Origin: Dehalococcoidia bacterium
GTDB taxonomy: Bacteria; Chloroflexota; Dehalococcoidia; Lucifugimonadales; Australimonadaceae
NCBI GenBank assembly: GCA_965116255.1
Contig: OZ220670.1
Span: 1,273,205 to 1,337,204 of the forward strand
DNA length: 64,000 nucleotides
Direction: 5' to 3'
Made by a program: the position numbers and the translations under genes. The stretch's first letter is position 1, and every line of letters starts with the position of its first letter. Shown here in pieces: positions 53,910 to 62,446 of this stretch. The notes under the pieces are model-generated. The model was not told the DNA's origin. It saw only the letters and a list, made by a program, of their open reading frames with translations, and searched no databases.

Positions 53910-54842
53910 ATGACAGCTTCGCACTCCCCCCGAATCGCCGTGCTGGGCGCGGTGAACATGGACCTCGTCGTCTCGCTGGCTCAGCTGCCGGAGAGCGGTG
54001 AGACGCTGCTCGGCGATGCGTTCGTCGCCACGCCCGGCGGCAAGGGCGCCAACCAGGCCGTTGCCGCCGCCCGCATGGGCGCGCATGCCGTGTTCGCGGG
54101 GCGCGTCGGCAGCGACCCCTACGGCCCCGAACTGCGAACCGCGCTCCGCGCCGAGGGCATCGACACCAGCTTGCTGTTCACCGACCCTGGTGCTGCATCA
54201 GGCGTCGCACTCATCACCGTGGCCACGGGCGGCGCAAACACCATCATCGCCGTGCCCGGCGCCAACGAGCGGTGCGATGCGTCAGACGTCGAGCGCCTTC
54301 GGCCCGCCCTCGCCGAGTCGGACATGTTGCTGCTGCAACTCGAGCTGCCGACGGAGACGAGCCTCGCCGCTGCACGCCTCGCGCGCGAGATGGGGGTGTC
54401 GGTGCTGCTCGACCCTGCGCCCGTACGTCCGCTCCCGCCGGAGGCGTACACGCTGGCCGACGTGATGACGCCCAACGAGACGGAGGCGTCCACCCTGCTC
54501 GGTACCGAGGTGCACAACCCCAACTCGGGCGTCGCGGCGGCAGCGGCGCTGGTCGAGCGCGGCGTGCCAACGGCCATCGTCACGCTCGGAGAGCAGGGCG
54601 CGGCGTACGCGACGCTAGACGGCGAATGCGCCTACCTCCCAGCGCACGCAATCGAGGCGGTGGACAGCGTAGCGTCGGGCGACGCGTTTGCGGGTGCGCT
54701 CGCCGTTGCCCTCGCCGAAGGCCGTCCGCTCGATGAGGCGATGCGCTGGGGCATGGCCGCTGGCGCCCTCTGCGCCACCGTCCCCGGCGCCCAGGCCGCG
54801 ATGCCGTGCAGGAATGCAGTGCTGCAACTCGTGGAAGGCTAG
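53910..54842 (+). CDS. rbsK: Ribokinase
   Basis: IAVLGAVNMDLV...GGKGANQAVAAAR...DSVASGDAFAGAL PfkB-family motifs. Confidence 0.88.
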   Translation: MTASHSPRIAVLGAVNMDLVVSLAQLPESGETLLGDAFVATPGGKGANQAVAAARMGAHAVFAGRVGSDPYGPELRTALRAEGIDTSLLFTDPGAASGVALITVATGGANTIIAVPGANERCDASDVERLRPALAESDMLLLQLELPTETSLAAARLAREMGVSVLLDPAPVRPLPPEAYTLADVMTPNETEASTLLGTEVHNPNSGVAAAAALVERGVPTAIVTLGEQGAAYATLDGECAYLPAHAIEAVDSVASGDAFAGALAVALAEGRPLDEAMRWGMAAGALCATVPGAQAAMPCRNAVLQLVEG

Positions 54843-54900
54843 GAACCGTGCGCACCTTGTACCGCACGCTGAGGCTGCGGTAGGCTGCGCCAGGAGCACC

Positions 54901-55536
54901 GTGACGACCGCCGCGCCCGAAACCCTTGCACTAGGCATCGTTACGCTCGCCGGCGAGCGTTTCCAGGTGGCACTGGACGCACACAAGGGCTTGCTCGATC
55001 GCCCTGCCGGGCCAGGCGGGCTCACGCTCACCACGCACCGCGCAATTCGCCCCAGTTCGAGCGGGCAGCGCACCACCGTCATGGCACTTTCCCTCCACGA
55101 CGTCGGTAGCGCCGAGCTGATCGAGCGCTCCGACCTCGCCAAGGGTCTGGCGCAGGCAGGGGCGCTCTTCGCCGCTGCCGCATTGCTCGGCGGCCTTTCG
55201 TGGCTGGTGTTCGAGGCGGCGCTCTTCACCGTGCCCCTCGCGGGCATCCCCATCTTCATGGCGATCTTCATCCTCTCCGAGCACCTGCTGGGGGGGTCGA
55301 AGAGCGAGCTGCTGCTCTACACGGCGGGTGCGGTCCTGCGTCAACCATTGTTGAGCGGCAAGGCGCGGCGCGATGCCCCCGCCCTGCTCCACCGGCTGTT
55401 CGCCCTGAAGCACGGCATCGAGCCGGAAGAGCCACCCGCAACGGCGCCGGTGGCCGTCCTGCGTGATACGCCGGTTGCAACGGCGCCCTTCGGCTGGACG
55501 CCCGTCCCGCCGCTAGAGCGCACGCTGCCGGCCTAG
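54901..55536 (+). CDS. Hypothetical membrane protein
   Basis: GTG at 54901 follows AGGAG. Two hydrophobic segments. No recognisable family. 24-nt convergent overlap with the MFS gene. Confidence 0.4.
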   Translation: MTTAAPETLALGIVTLAGERFQVALDAHKGLLDRPAGPGGLTLTTHRAIRPSSSGQRTTVMALSLHDVGSAELIERSDLAKGLAQAGALFAAAALLGGLSWLVFEAALFTVPLAGIPIFMAIFILSEHLLGGSKSELLLYTAGAVLRQPLLSGKARRDAPALLHRLFALKHGIEPEEPPATAPVAVLRDTPVATAPFGWTPVPPLERTLPA

Positions 55537-57015
55537 CATCCGTCCTCGCAGCACAGCTGAGGGCAGGAGCGCGCCGAGCAGCAGCCCCAGCGAAATCCGG
55601 AAGAAGTCCTGGAAGAGCGCGATGCTAGCGTGGGAGATCTCCGACTGGTAGACGTCGAGCCGCGCCTCGTACTCCGATGCACTGAGGTCGGTCGAGGGCA
55701 GCGGCAGGTGCAGGCCCACCGTCGCCTCCTCAAATTCGCCGACTCCCCACGCTGCCAGCGTCGCCATGCCGAATGTCATTCCCACCATGCGCGCCGCCAT
55801 CACCAGCGAGGCCGACGTCGCCTGATACTCCGCCGTCGCCGCGTCCATCGCCGTCACGAAGACGGGCGCTATCACCAGCCCGAAACCTAGGCCCGCCGTC
55901 GCCAGGTGCAGCGTCATGACGGGGTCGGCGATATCGGCCGTCCACCCGCTCATCAAGAAGACGCCGACGGCGCCGACCGACAACCCCGCAATCGTGACCG
56001 GGCGCTCGCCGATGCGGGAGGAGAGGTAGCCCCCGGCGAGCGCCCCTATCGGCATCGCGCCCGTCATCCGCATCAGCTGCAGGCCGCCCTCGAGTGGAGT
56101 GCGGCCCAGCGCCGTGTTCGCCATCAGCGGCACTGTCACCATTGCCATGATGAGCGACGCGCCGACCAAGAACTTCACCAGTAGAGCGGCCAGCGCTTGG
56201 CGCGAGCGAAAGAACGGCGGCGGCAGCATGGGCTGCACCGCGCGCCGCTCCACCAGCACGAGCGCACCTGCAATCAGCGCCCCCACGCCCAAGAGCGCGA
56301 ACGGCAGCGGTGAAGAGGCGTCGAACACCGACTCCTGGGCCATCGCGTAGACCAGCAGCGTCAAACCGGCGACGAGCAGCGCGCCCCCAGCGTAGTCCAT
56401 GCGCGCGCCGGACACCCGCGCAGACGCAAAGCCGCGCAGCGCCCAGATGAGTAGAACCGCCTGCGGCACGTCGAGCCAGAAGACCCAACGCCAGCCAAGC
56501 AACTCTGTTATCACGCCGCCGTAGAGCGGGCCGAGCACCATGCCCGCTTCCGCGCATGCGCCGATAATGCCGACGGCGATGGCACGCCGCGTGCCCGGGA
56601 ACGCGTGGACGGCCATCGCCATGCCCACGGGGATGGTCGCGCCGCCGCCGAGCGCCTGCACGACGCGCGCCCCGATCAGCCACGGCAGGCCCGGCGCGAG
56701 CGCAGCCGCCAGCGAGCCTGCACCAAAGACGAGCAGCGATATGCGGAAGAGCCGCGCGTGACCGTAAATGTCGGCCAGCCGCGCCGTAAGCGGTATGGCC
56801 GCCGTAAAGCCAAGCAGGTAGGCCGTGATGATCCACGCGGCACGATCCAGCTCGGTCGGAGCAACCTTCAGGCCGACCATCACCTCCGGCAGTACCGTGA
56901 CGACGACCGTCTGGTCGAGCGCCGCCGTCAGCACCGCTCCGCTGACGATGGCCAGCGGCGTCCACGCGCGCAGCGTGTCACGTGGGGTGGGTGTAGCGCC
57001 TGGGACGCCGCCCAT
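55513..57015 (-). CDS. MFS drug/lipid efflux transporter, DHA2-like (14 TM), P55-like context
   Basis: 500 aa, LDQTVVVTVLPEVM N-terminus typical of the DHA2/EmrB family. 6 nt downstream of the LprG-like gene. Confidence 0.85.
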   Translation of the reverse strand: MGGVPGATPTPRDTLRAWTPLAIVSGAVLTAALDQTVVVTVLPEVMVGLKVAPTELDRAAWIITAYLLGFTAAIPLTARLADIYGHARLFRISLLVFGAGSLAAALAPGLPWLIGARVVQALGGGATIPVGMAMAVHAFPGTRRAIAVGIIGACAEAGMVLGPLYGGVITELLGWRWVFWLDVPQAVLLIWALRGFASARVSGARMDYAGGALLVAGLTLLVYAMAQESVFDASSPLPFALLGVGALIAGALVLVERRAVQPMLPPPFFRSRQALAALLVKFLVGASLIMAMVTVPLMANTALGRTPLEGGLQLMRMTGAMPIGALAGGYLSSRIGERPVTIAGLSVGAVGVFLMSGWTADIADPVMTLHLATAGLGFGLVIAPVFVTAMDAATAEYQATSASLVMAARMVGMTFGMATLAAWGVGEFEEATVGLHLPLPSTDLSASEYEARLDVYQSEISHASIALFQDFFRISLGLLLGALLPSAVLRGRMLGRQRAL

Positions 57016-57021
57016 CGGTTG

Positions 57022-57723
57022 CTACTCCAACGGTTGCGCTTGGTCGAACGCCGTGAAGGTCAGGATGCGCACGACCGGCGAAGGATCGTTGGTCAGCACG
57101 CTCCCCTCGATGCGCACGCGGCGCACGAGACTATCGCTGCCCACCCAGACCTCTATGCGGGGCGTCAACGACGCATCCGCGCCCCGGATGAGCGGCTGTA
57201 TCGCCGCGCCCGCGATGCCACCTGCAATGCCGCGCGAGGCGATGCCGTCGAGCGTATGGGTACTGGTATATGCCGGCTCCTGGAGCGCGAGCAGGATGCC
57301 GCCAAGCGTTTCTCCCAGGTCGTGCAGGTTGAAGGGCAGCTCGCTCGCCGCTACGGGCAATAGCACGCCGGAGAGCGGGTCGGTCATTGCCGCGTCGTCT
57401 CCATCGACGCGGATCTCCATTTCGATGAACGCGTTGATCGCGCTGACCCTCGCCTCCACCTGCACCGCAGCACGGTCGGGGAGATGGACGCTGCCCTCCG
57501 CTTGCTGCAGTTCGATGCCCGCGAAGAGTGGCGTATGTCCCTCCTCGTGCGTCAGCGTGAACTCGACGGAGGCGAGCTCGCTCATCCGCGCCGCCGCGTC
57601 GGCGAGACGCTCTGACGGAGGCTGCTCCGGCGATTCTGCGGGGCCATCATCGCCGCACGCCGCCGCAAAGGCCGCGAGCACCAGAAGCAGCGGGGCGGCG
57701 GTGGGCGCCTGGACCATTCGCAT
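57022..57723 (-). CDS. LppX/LprAFG-family lipoprotein (LprG-like)
   Basis: Signal peptide with lipobox AAACG. SVEFTLTHEEG...GSVHLPDRAA...IEVWVGSDSLVRRVRIEG...LTFTAFDQ follows the LprG fold pattern. Confidence 0.7.
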   Translation of the reverse strand: MRMVQAPTAAPLLLVLAAFAAACGDDGPAESPEQPPSERLADAAARMSELASVEFTLTHEEGHTPLFAGIELQQAEGSVHLPDRAAVQVEARVSAINAFIEMEIRVDGDDAAMTDPLSGVLLPVAASELPFNLHDLGETLGGILLALQEPAYTSTHTLDGIASRGIAGGIAGAAIQPLIRGADASLTPRIEVWVGSDSLVRRVRIEGSVLTNDPSPVVRILTFTAFDQAQPLE

Positions 57724-58078
57724 CGCGCGGCAACCCTACCAACGCTCCCTCCGCACCACAAGGCGGCGAGGCGGCGTAGGACGTGCGGCTCCGTTGGGCG
57801 CAGCGGACGTTATTCCTCCCGCGCAAGGGTGTTCGGCTCGATGGGCGCCATCGCCTCGAACGCGTGCGGAATACGCGCGAGGAAGCAGCGTCGCACGCAC
57901 GCTTCGGCATCGGCGGCAGGCGCCTTTAGCTCCACTCTCTACGCCACTGGCCAGCGATGGAGCGATATCGGGCAGGTAACGCTCGAGCAGCACCCTTGTT
58001 GGCAGGGCCGGTGAGGCCACTCAGCAAGCGCGCGTAGGGCGCCTACTCGGCGCTGGCTGCCTCAGCAGAGAGGATTTC

Positions 58079-58091
58079 TCTTGATTCAAGA
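58079..58091. promoter_or_regulatory. 13-bp perfect palindrome in an AT-rich spot
   Basis: TCTTGA-T-TCAAGA, flanked by GGAT...ATCC. Confidence 0.35.
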
Positions 58092-58195
58092 ATCCCGTTG
58101 CTGATGCAAGACGCCCGCGGGGGGTGAAAGGGGGATCGCCCTCAGATGCGCCGCCCATGGGCGGCGGAGTGAGCCGTCGAGTTCCGGCTCATGAC

Positions 58196-58420
58196 CTAGT
58201 ACGTGAAGAAGTAGACGTACCATGTAGCTACCTCAGGGCCGTCACCACCATCACCCGATTCGCACCCATGTCTCGTGGCCGCTCGATTCTCGGCCCCTTG
58301 GGCCGCCGTCTTGGTGGAGTGCAGGCTGATGACCTGCCAGTCCTGCAGCGTTGGGTGCTGGCCCTCCCAATACCTCCTCCGCGCTTCCATGTCCGTAGTG
58401 ATCCCAACTCGACATGCCAT
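58196..58420 (-). CDS. Small GIY-YIG(URI)-like protein, 74 aa
   Basis: CRVGITTDMEARRRYWEGQH aligns to the YxGxTxDxxRRxxxH core of UPF0213/YhbQ-type GIY-YIG proteins. AAGGGGG lies 8 nt upstream of the ATG. Confidence 0.65.
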   Translation of the reverse strand: MACRVGITTDMEARRRYWEGQHPTLQDWQVISLHSTKTAAQGAENRAATRHGCESGDGGDGPEVATWYVYFFTY

Positions 58421-58737
58421 TCGGCGTGCCCCCTTACGGGTTGCGGGCCGCCCGCATTGCAGGCCCGCATTGGATAGGCTTAGTGCAGGCTACTACCTTG
58501 GCAGTCGTTCCAACAAGGAACGTCCATTAGCGGGTGGACCGAGCGTCTTGCACCTGCCTCCACCCGCGCCCTTACTTCCTCTCCCGGCGCGAGAGGGCCG
58601 GAGCAGGGGGCTGGCGCAAACCCATTCGGGTTTCGGCTCTCGCGGGATTGATGAAGGAACACGCCTGAATGACCAAGAGGCAGGCCATGCGGGGTGCTGC
58701 ACGATTGCGTTCACCGGCGCGGCGAGGATGCGGCAGC

Positions 58738-58764
58738 AGCGCTCTCCGGTCGCCGGAGAGCGCT
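58738..58764 (-). terminator. Strong hairpin at the rubrerythrin stop codon
   Basis: AGCGCTCTCCGG-TCG-CCGGAGAGCGCT, a perfect 12-bp stem that overlaps the TAG stop by 2 nt. No U-tract. Confidence 0.5.
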
Positions 58765-59188
58765 AGTCGAGGCTGAGGCCCTCGGCGCCCTTGGCAAGGC
58801 GGTCGGCGTGCGTGCGTTCCGCGCGCGCCAGCGTCTCGAACCACACCGCCAGCTCATCGAAGCCCTCGTCGCGCGCTGTCTTGGCAAAGCCGGGGTACAA
58901 CTCCGTGTACTCGTACGTCTCGCCCTCGATGGCCGACTTGAGGTTGGCCTCGGTGGTGCCGATCGCCCCGCCCGTGACCGGATCACCGGTCTCCCTCAGG
59001 AAGTCGAGGTGCCCAAAGGCGTGGTCCGTATCGGCCTCAGAGAGGTCGCGGAAGAGGGCACCGATCTCCGGGTGGCCCTCGATGTCTGCGCGGCGCGCGA
59101 AGTAGAGGTAACGGCGGTTGGCCTCCGCCTCGCGCGCAAAGGCGCTCTTCAGGTTCTCGAAGCTCTGCGTCCCTTCTAGGCTTGCCAT
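58763..59188 (-). CDS. Rubrerythrin-family diiron protein (ferritin-like domain only)
   Basis: [15 protein letters not shown]...[10 protein letters not shown]...EGETYEY...AERTHADR ExxH pairs. There is no rubredoxin domain. Start at the internal Met 59188 after GAGGG. Confidence 0.85.
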   Translation of the reverse strand: MASLEGTQSFENLKSAFAREAEANRRYLYFARRADIEGHPEIGALFRDLSEADTDHAFGHLDFLRETGDPVTGGAIGTTEANLKSAIEGETYEYTELYPGFAKTARDEGFDELAVWFETLARAERTHADRLAKGAEGLSLD

Positions 59189-59345
59189 CTCTCTGCCCTC
59201 TTTGGTCGCGATTGCGGAACGTTCCCTACGCTGCCGCGACCGGCGCTGCGGCGCTCCGCGTCGGCGATGGGGCCATTGCGGGGAATCGTACCGCGTGACG
59301 ATAGGCGCAGCCGCGAACGGTGTCAATCGCGCGCGTAGCGGCGCG

Positions 59346-60239
59346 CTACAGTGCGGCGCGTAGCGCTTCCGACAGCTCCGTTGCCGTCACGTAGCCCTCG
59401 AAACGGGCGGCAATACGGGCGTCGCGACCCAGCAGGTACACCCACGACTCGTTCGTCCAGTGGGGGATGCCGGTGAAGCCCCAGCGCTCCACCAGCGGCG
59501 AGTAGACGGCTCGCGTAAGGTCCCCCTGGATGTCGGCGGGGTTCTCGTAAACCTCGACATGGATGAAGTTGGCCTGCTCCCCGAACTCCTCGCGCACCTC
59601 CGACACTGTATCGACCTGCGGGCCGCACGTCGGACTCGTGCAAAGGGCGGGCGTCGCAAAGACGATGATCGACGGCTTGTCCGATATCACCGCCTCGCCG
59701 ATGGTCGTTGTGTAGAGTTGCGGGTCCGGCGTTGGGTCGCTGGTGAGCTCGGCGATGTCCTCGACGTCCTCCAACGTGCGGTTGTTGGCGAAGGGCGGGA
59801 GTGCGCCGATGTCGACGACGCTGCTCTCTTCCGCCACCTCGATAACAGCGCGCGCAGGCGCCACGCCATCGTCCGCCGCAACGATATCGAGTTGCCAGCG
59901 CCCCGGTTGATCGAAGGCTATGTCGCCCGAGTAGGCCCCGCGCACGCCGAAGGGCCATCCGTGGAAGGTCGTCTCGGCGGTGACCGTCTTGCCGTCGCCG
60001 TCGAGGTGCGTCGCGGTGACCGTCGCACTGGGGGCGCGCACGATGTCCTGGCCGGTCACCAGCAAGAACGAGATGCGCTGCGACCCCTGGCGCAGGACGG
60101 TGGTGGCGAAGAGCGCCTCGGCGGCGGCGACTTGGGGCGGCGGCGTTGACGTTGGGGTGGGCGGCGGCGCGGCGCACGCTCCCAGTAGCGCGGCAAGCGC
60201 GAGGAGCAGGGCAGCGGCGGTGGCGCAACGGCCGCTCAT
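59346..60239 (-). CDS. Secreted lipoprotein with C-terminal thioredoxin-fold-like domain
   Basis: Lipobox LGAC, PT linker, IIVFATPALCTSPTCGP Cys pair. The Met at 60239 lies 1 nt after the upstream stop. Confidence 0.6.
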   Translation of the reverse strand: MSGRCATAAALLLALAALLGACAAPPPTPTSTPPPQVAAAEALFATTVLRQGSQRISFLLVTGQDIVRAPSATVTATHLDGDGKTVTAETTFHGWPFGVRGAYSGDIAFDQPGRWQLDIVAADDGVAPARAVIEVAEESSVVDIGALPPFANNRTLEDVEDIAELTSDPTPDPQLYTTTIGEAVISDKPSIIVFATPALCTSPTCGPQVDTVSEVREEFGEQANFIHVEVYENPADIQGDLTRAVYSPLVERWGFTGIPHWTNESWVYLLGRDARIAARFEGYVTATELSEALRAAL

Positions 60240-60240
60240 G

Positions 60241-61449
60241 CTACGGCCCGTCAGGGTAGGCGCCGAAGGTGAAGGCGAACAGCGCGAACTGGTCGGAGTT
60301 GCTGGAGAGTTTGAGCACGTGGTTGCTGAACTCCGGCAGTTCGACGATGGCGTACATGCGCGGCTCGTTGACGACGAAGTAGGAGCGATCATCTTCCACG
60401 ACGAGATCGCCGCCCGCCTCCTCCTCGGTGAGCGGCCTGCCGTCAATCTCCACCTGCACCTCGTAGGAGCCGACCTCGGCAGGATCGAACACCGCGTTCA
60501 CGCTCGTAGCGAGAAAGCGCAGGATCATGTAGTCCTCAAAGTCGGTGGTCGCCCGCGCGTGGCGGACGGACTCCAGTCCGTTCTCCCACGGGCCATGGAG
60601 GTAGAGGAACTGGTTGATGTGGACGCCGGGGTCTTCGTAATCGCGGACCACTTCGGCTTCGTCGTAATACTCTTCGTGTGCGATATAGATGCCACTGCTG
60701 GAGGCGTTGCGTAGGAATCCGCCGTAGATTTCGCGCGTAATGCGCTCCACCGGGTCAGTCGACACATACGCTCGCGGGTCGAACCGCGGCGCCTCCGTAT
60801 CGTTTACGGGGATGGCGGAGAGGTCGCGTCCAATCTCTCCCAACAATCCCCGTATCTGCTCCTCCGTCTCCTGGTATGCGCCCTCGCCGATGTGGGAGTA
60901 ACGGACCACTCCCTGAGCATCAATCAGGTACTTGGCCGGCCACGCACGGTTGGAGTAGGCGCGCCACGTACGGAAGTCGTTGTCTTGCGCGATGGGGTAG
61001 GTCAGCTCGAATTCCTGCGCACTGCGGACCACGTTCTCGGTCACCTTCTCGAACTCAAACTCGGGCGTATGGACGCCGATGATGACCAGCCCCTCGTCTG
61101 CGTACTTGGCGTGCCAGTCCTTGATGTAAGGCAGGGTGCGGATGCAGTTCACGCAGGTGTACGTCCAGAAGTCGATGAGCACCACCTGCCCGCGCAGCCC
61201 CTCCATGGTGAGCGGTTCGCTGTTTATCCAGTTGACAATGCCGGTGAACTCCGGCGCGATGTTGTCAACCGCACCGCCTACATCGCGCTCGGACATGGTC
61301 AGAGTCGGAGTGGGGGTGGGGCCCGGAGTGGGCGTCGGAGTGGGCGTCGGGGTGGGGTCACTGCCGCATGCAACGGCAAGCAGCAGCCCGAGGATGAGCA
61401 ACGCAGCGATGGTGGGCAGCCCCTTCGTGATGCGCCGTTGCTCCCCCAA
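60241..61449 (-). CDS. Thiol-disulfide oxidoreductase lipoprotein (TlpA/ResA fold plus C-terminal beta-sandwich; DipZ C-terminal-like)
   Basis: Lipobox AVACG, (PT)n linker, VVLIDFWTYTCVNCIRTLPY CxxC motif, long C-terminal domain. Confidence 0.8.
   Translation of the reverse strand: MGEQRRITKGLPTIAALLILGLLLAVACGSDPTPTPTPTPTPGPTPTPTLTMSERDVGGAVDNIAPEFTGIVNWINSEPLTMEGLRGQVVLIDFWTYTCVNCIRTLPYIKDWHAKYADEGLVIIGVHTPEFEFEKVTENVVRSAQEFELTYPIAQDNDFRTWRAYSNRAWPAKYLIDAQGVVRYSHIGEGAYQETEEQIRGLLGEIGRDLSAIPVNDTEAPRFDPRAYVSTDPVERITREIYGGFLRNASSSGIYIAHEEYYDEAEVVRDYEDPGVHINQFLYLHGPWENGLESVRHARATTDFEDYMILRFLATSVNAVFDPAEVGSYEVQVEIDGRPLTEEEAGGDLVVEDDRSYFVVNEPRMYAIVELPEFSNHVLKLSSNSDQFALFAFTFGAYPDGP
61305..61359. 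repeat. 12-nt tandem repeat encoding the (Pro-Thr)n linker
   Basis: CGGAGTGGGCGT occurs twice perfectly (61324-61335 and 61336-61347), flanked by degenerate copies. Confidence 0.7.
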
Positions 61450-61517
61450 TTAAGACTCTCTCCTCCCCTGCCCGCCGGGGCGGCGCAGCTACATGGATAT
61501 AGTACCATTTCCTGCGC

Positions 61518-62435
61518 ATGGCTTCCAATCTATTGACTATCGAAGACCTGGCCGACGCGGAGGTCGGCGGCATCGTGGAGACGGCGCTGGCCTACCGGTC
61601 GGCGGCACTCGCCGACAAGCCGCTCGCAGGCCGCAGCGTCGCGCTGCTGTTCGAGAAGCCGTCGCTACGAACGCGCGTATCGTTCGACATCGGCGTGTAC
61701 GAATTGGGCGGCCACGCGGTCTACGTCGGCCGCGACGAGGTAATGCTGAACGTGCGCGAGCCGGCGGAGGACGTAGCGCGCGTCCTCGAACGGTGGTGCA
61801 CACTCATCGTCGCCCGCGTCGACAGCCACACCACACTCCACCAGCTCGCAGACCCTCAGAACGTGCCGGTCATCAACGCGCTCTCCGACGTTGAGCACCC
61901 CTGCCAGGCGCTGGCGGACGTGACGACCATCCACCAGCACCTCGGACGGCTGGAGGGCGTGGTGGTGGCCTATGTGGGCGACGCGAACAACGTGGCGAAT
62001 AGCCTCGGCCTCGCGTGCGCCGCCGCAGGCGCGGCATTCCGCATCGCGTCGCCCGAGGGCTACGGCCTCAGCAACGAGTACGAGGCGCTCATCAGCTCCC
62101 GCTACGGCGGCAAGGGCTCCGTAGAGTGCTTCACGGACCCACGTGAGGCCGTGCGCGGCGCGGACGTCGTCTACACCGACGTGTGGACGAGCATGGGGCA
62201 GGAGGCAGAAGGGGACGAGCGCCGCCGCGTGTTCGAGGGCTTCCAGGTGAACGAGGCGTTGCTCGCCATTGCAGGCCCGCGCGCGCTCTTCATGCACGAC
62301 ATGCCTGCACACTACGGTGAAGAGGTGCCCGAAGGGATGCTGCTCCATCCGCAGTCGGTCGCCTTCGACCAAGCTGAGAACCGCCTGCACGCCCAGAAGG
62401 CGGTCATGCGCCACCTCTCCGCGGGCAACCTGTAG
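61518..62435 (+). CDS. argF: Ornithine carbamoyltransferase
   Basis: FEKPSLRTRVSF, HPCQALAD, HDMPAH motifs. Confidence 0.93.
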   Translation: MASNLLTIEDLADAEVGGIVETALAYRSAALADKPLAGRSVALLFEKPSLRTRVSFDIGVYELGGHAVYVGRDEVMLNVREPAEDVARVLERWCTLIVARVDSHTTLHQLADPQNVPVINALSDVEHPCQALADVTTIHQHLGRLEGVVVAYVGDANNVANSLGLACAAAGAAFRIASPEGYGLSNEYEALISSRYGGKGSVECFTDPREAVRGADVVYTDVWTSMGQEAEGDERRRVFEGFQVNEALLAIAGPRALFMHDMPAHYGEEVPEGMLLHPQSVAFDQAENRLHAQKAVMRHLSAGNL

Positions 62436-62446
62436 GAGCAAGCTCC

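Noticed and set aside
55730-57979. Alternative-frame and antisense ORFs over the DHA2 MFS and LprG-like genes (55730..56965 minus, 56825..57979 plus)
   Set aside because: Arg/Gly-rich or Ser/Ala-rich low-complexity translations with no support beyond their length.
58124-58477. 117-aa plus-strand ORF antisense to the small GIY-YIG-like gene
   Set aside because: No Shine-Dalgarno sequence and Pro/Arg-rich. The minus-strand ORF has a good Shine-Dalgarno sequence and a recognisable motif.
58560-58690. Known riboswitch classes (c-di-GMP-I GGCAAACC/ACGCAAAGC, ZTP GACUGGCG...CCGCCUGGGC, ydaO ACCCGAAUCC) in the structured spacer
   Set aside because: Only 6-8 nt fragments resemble these motifs, and they occur in the wrong order or on the wrong strand relative to any downstream gene.
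61305-61359. Short tandem repeats considered as a possible CRISPR or minisatellite
   Set aside because: The 12-nt units are contiguous with no spacers and lie in frame within a lipoprotein gene, encoding a (Pro-Thr)n linker. This is not a CRISPR array.
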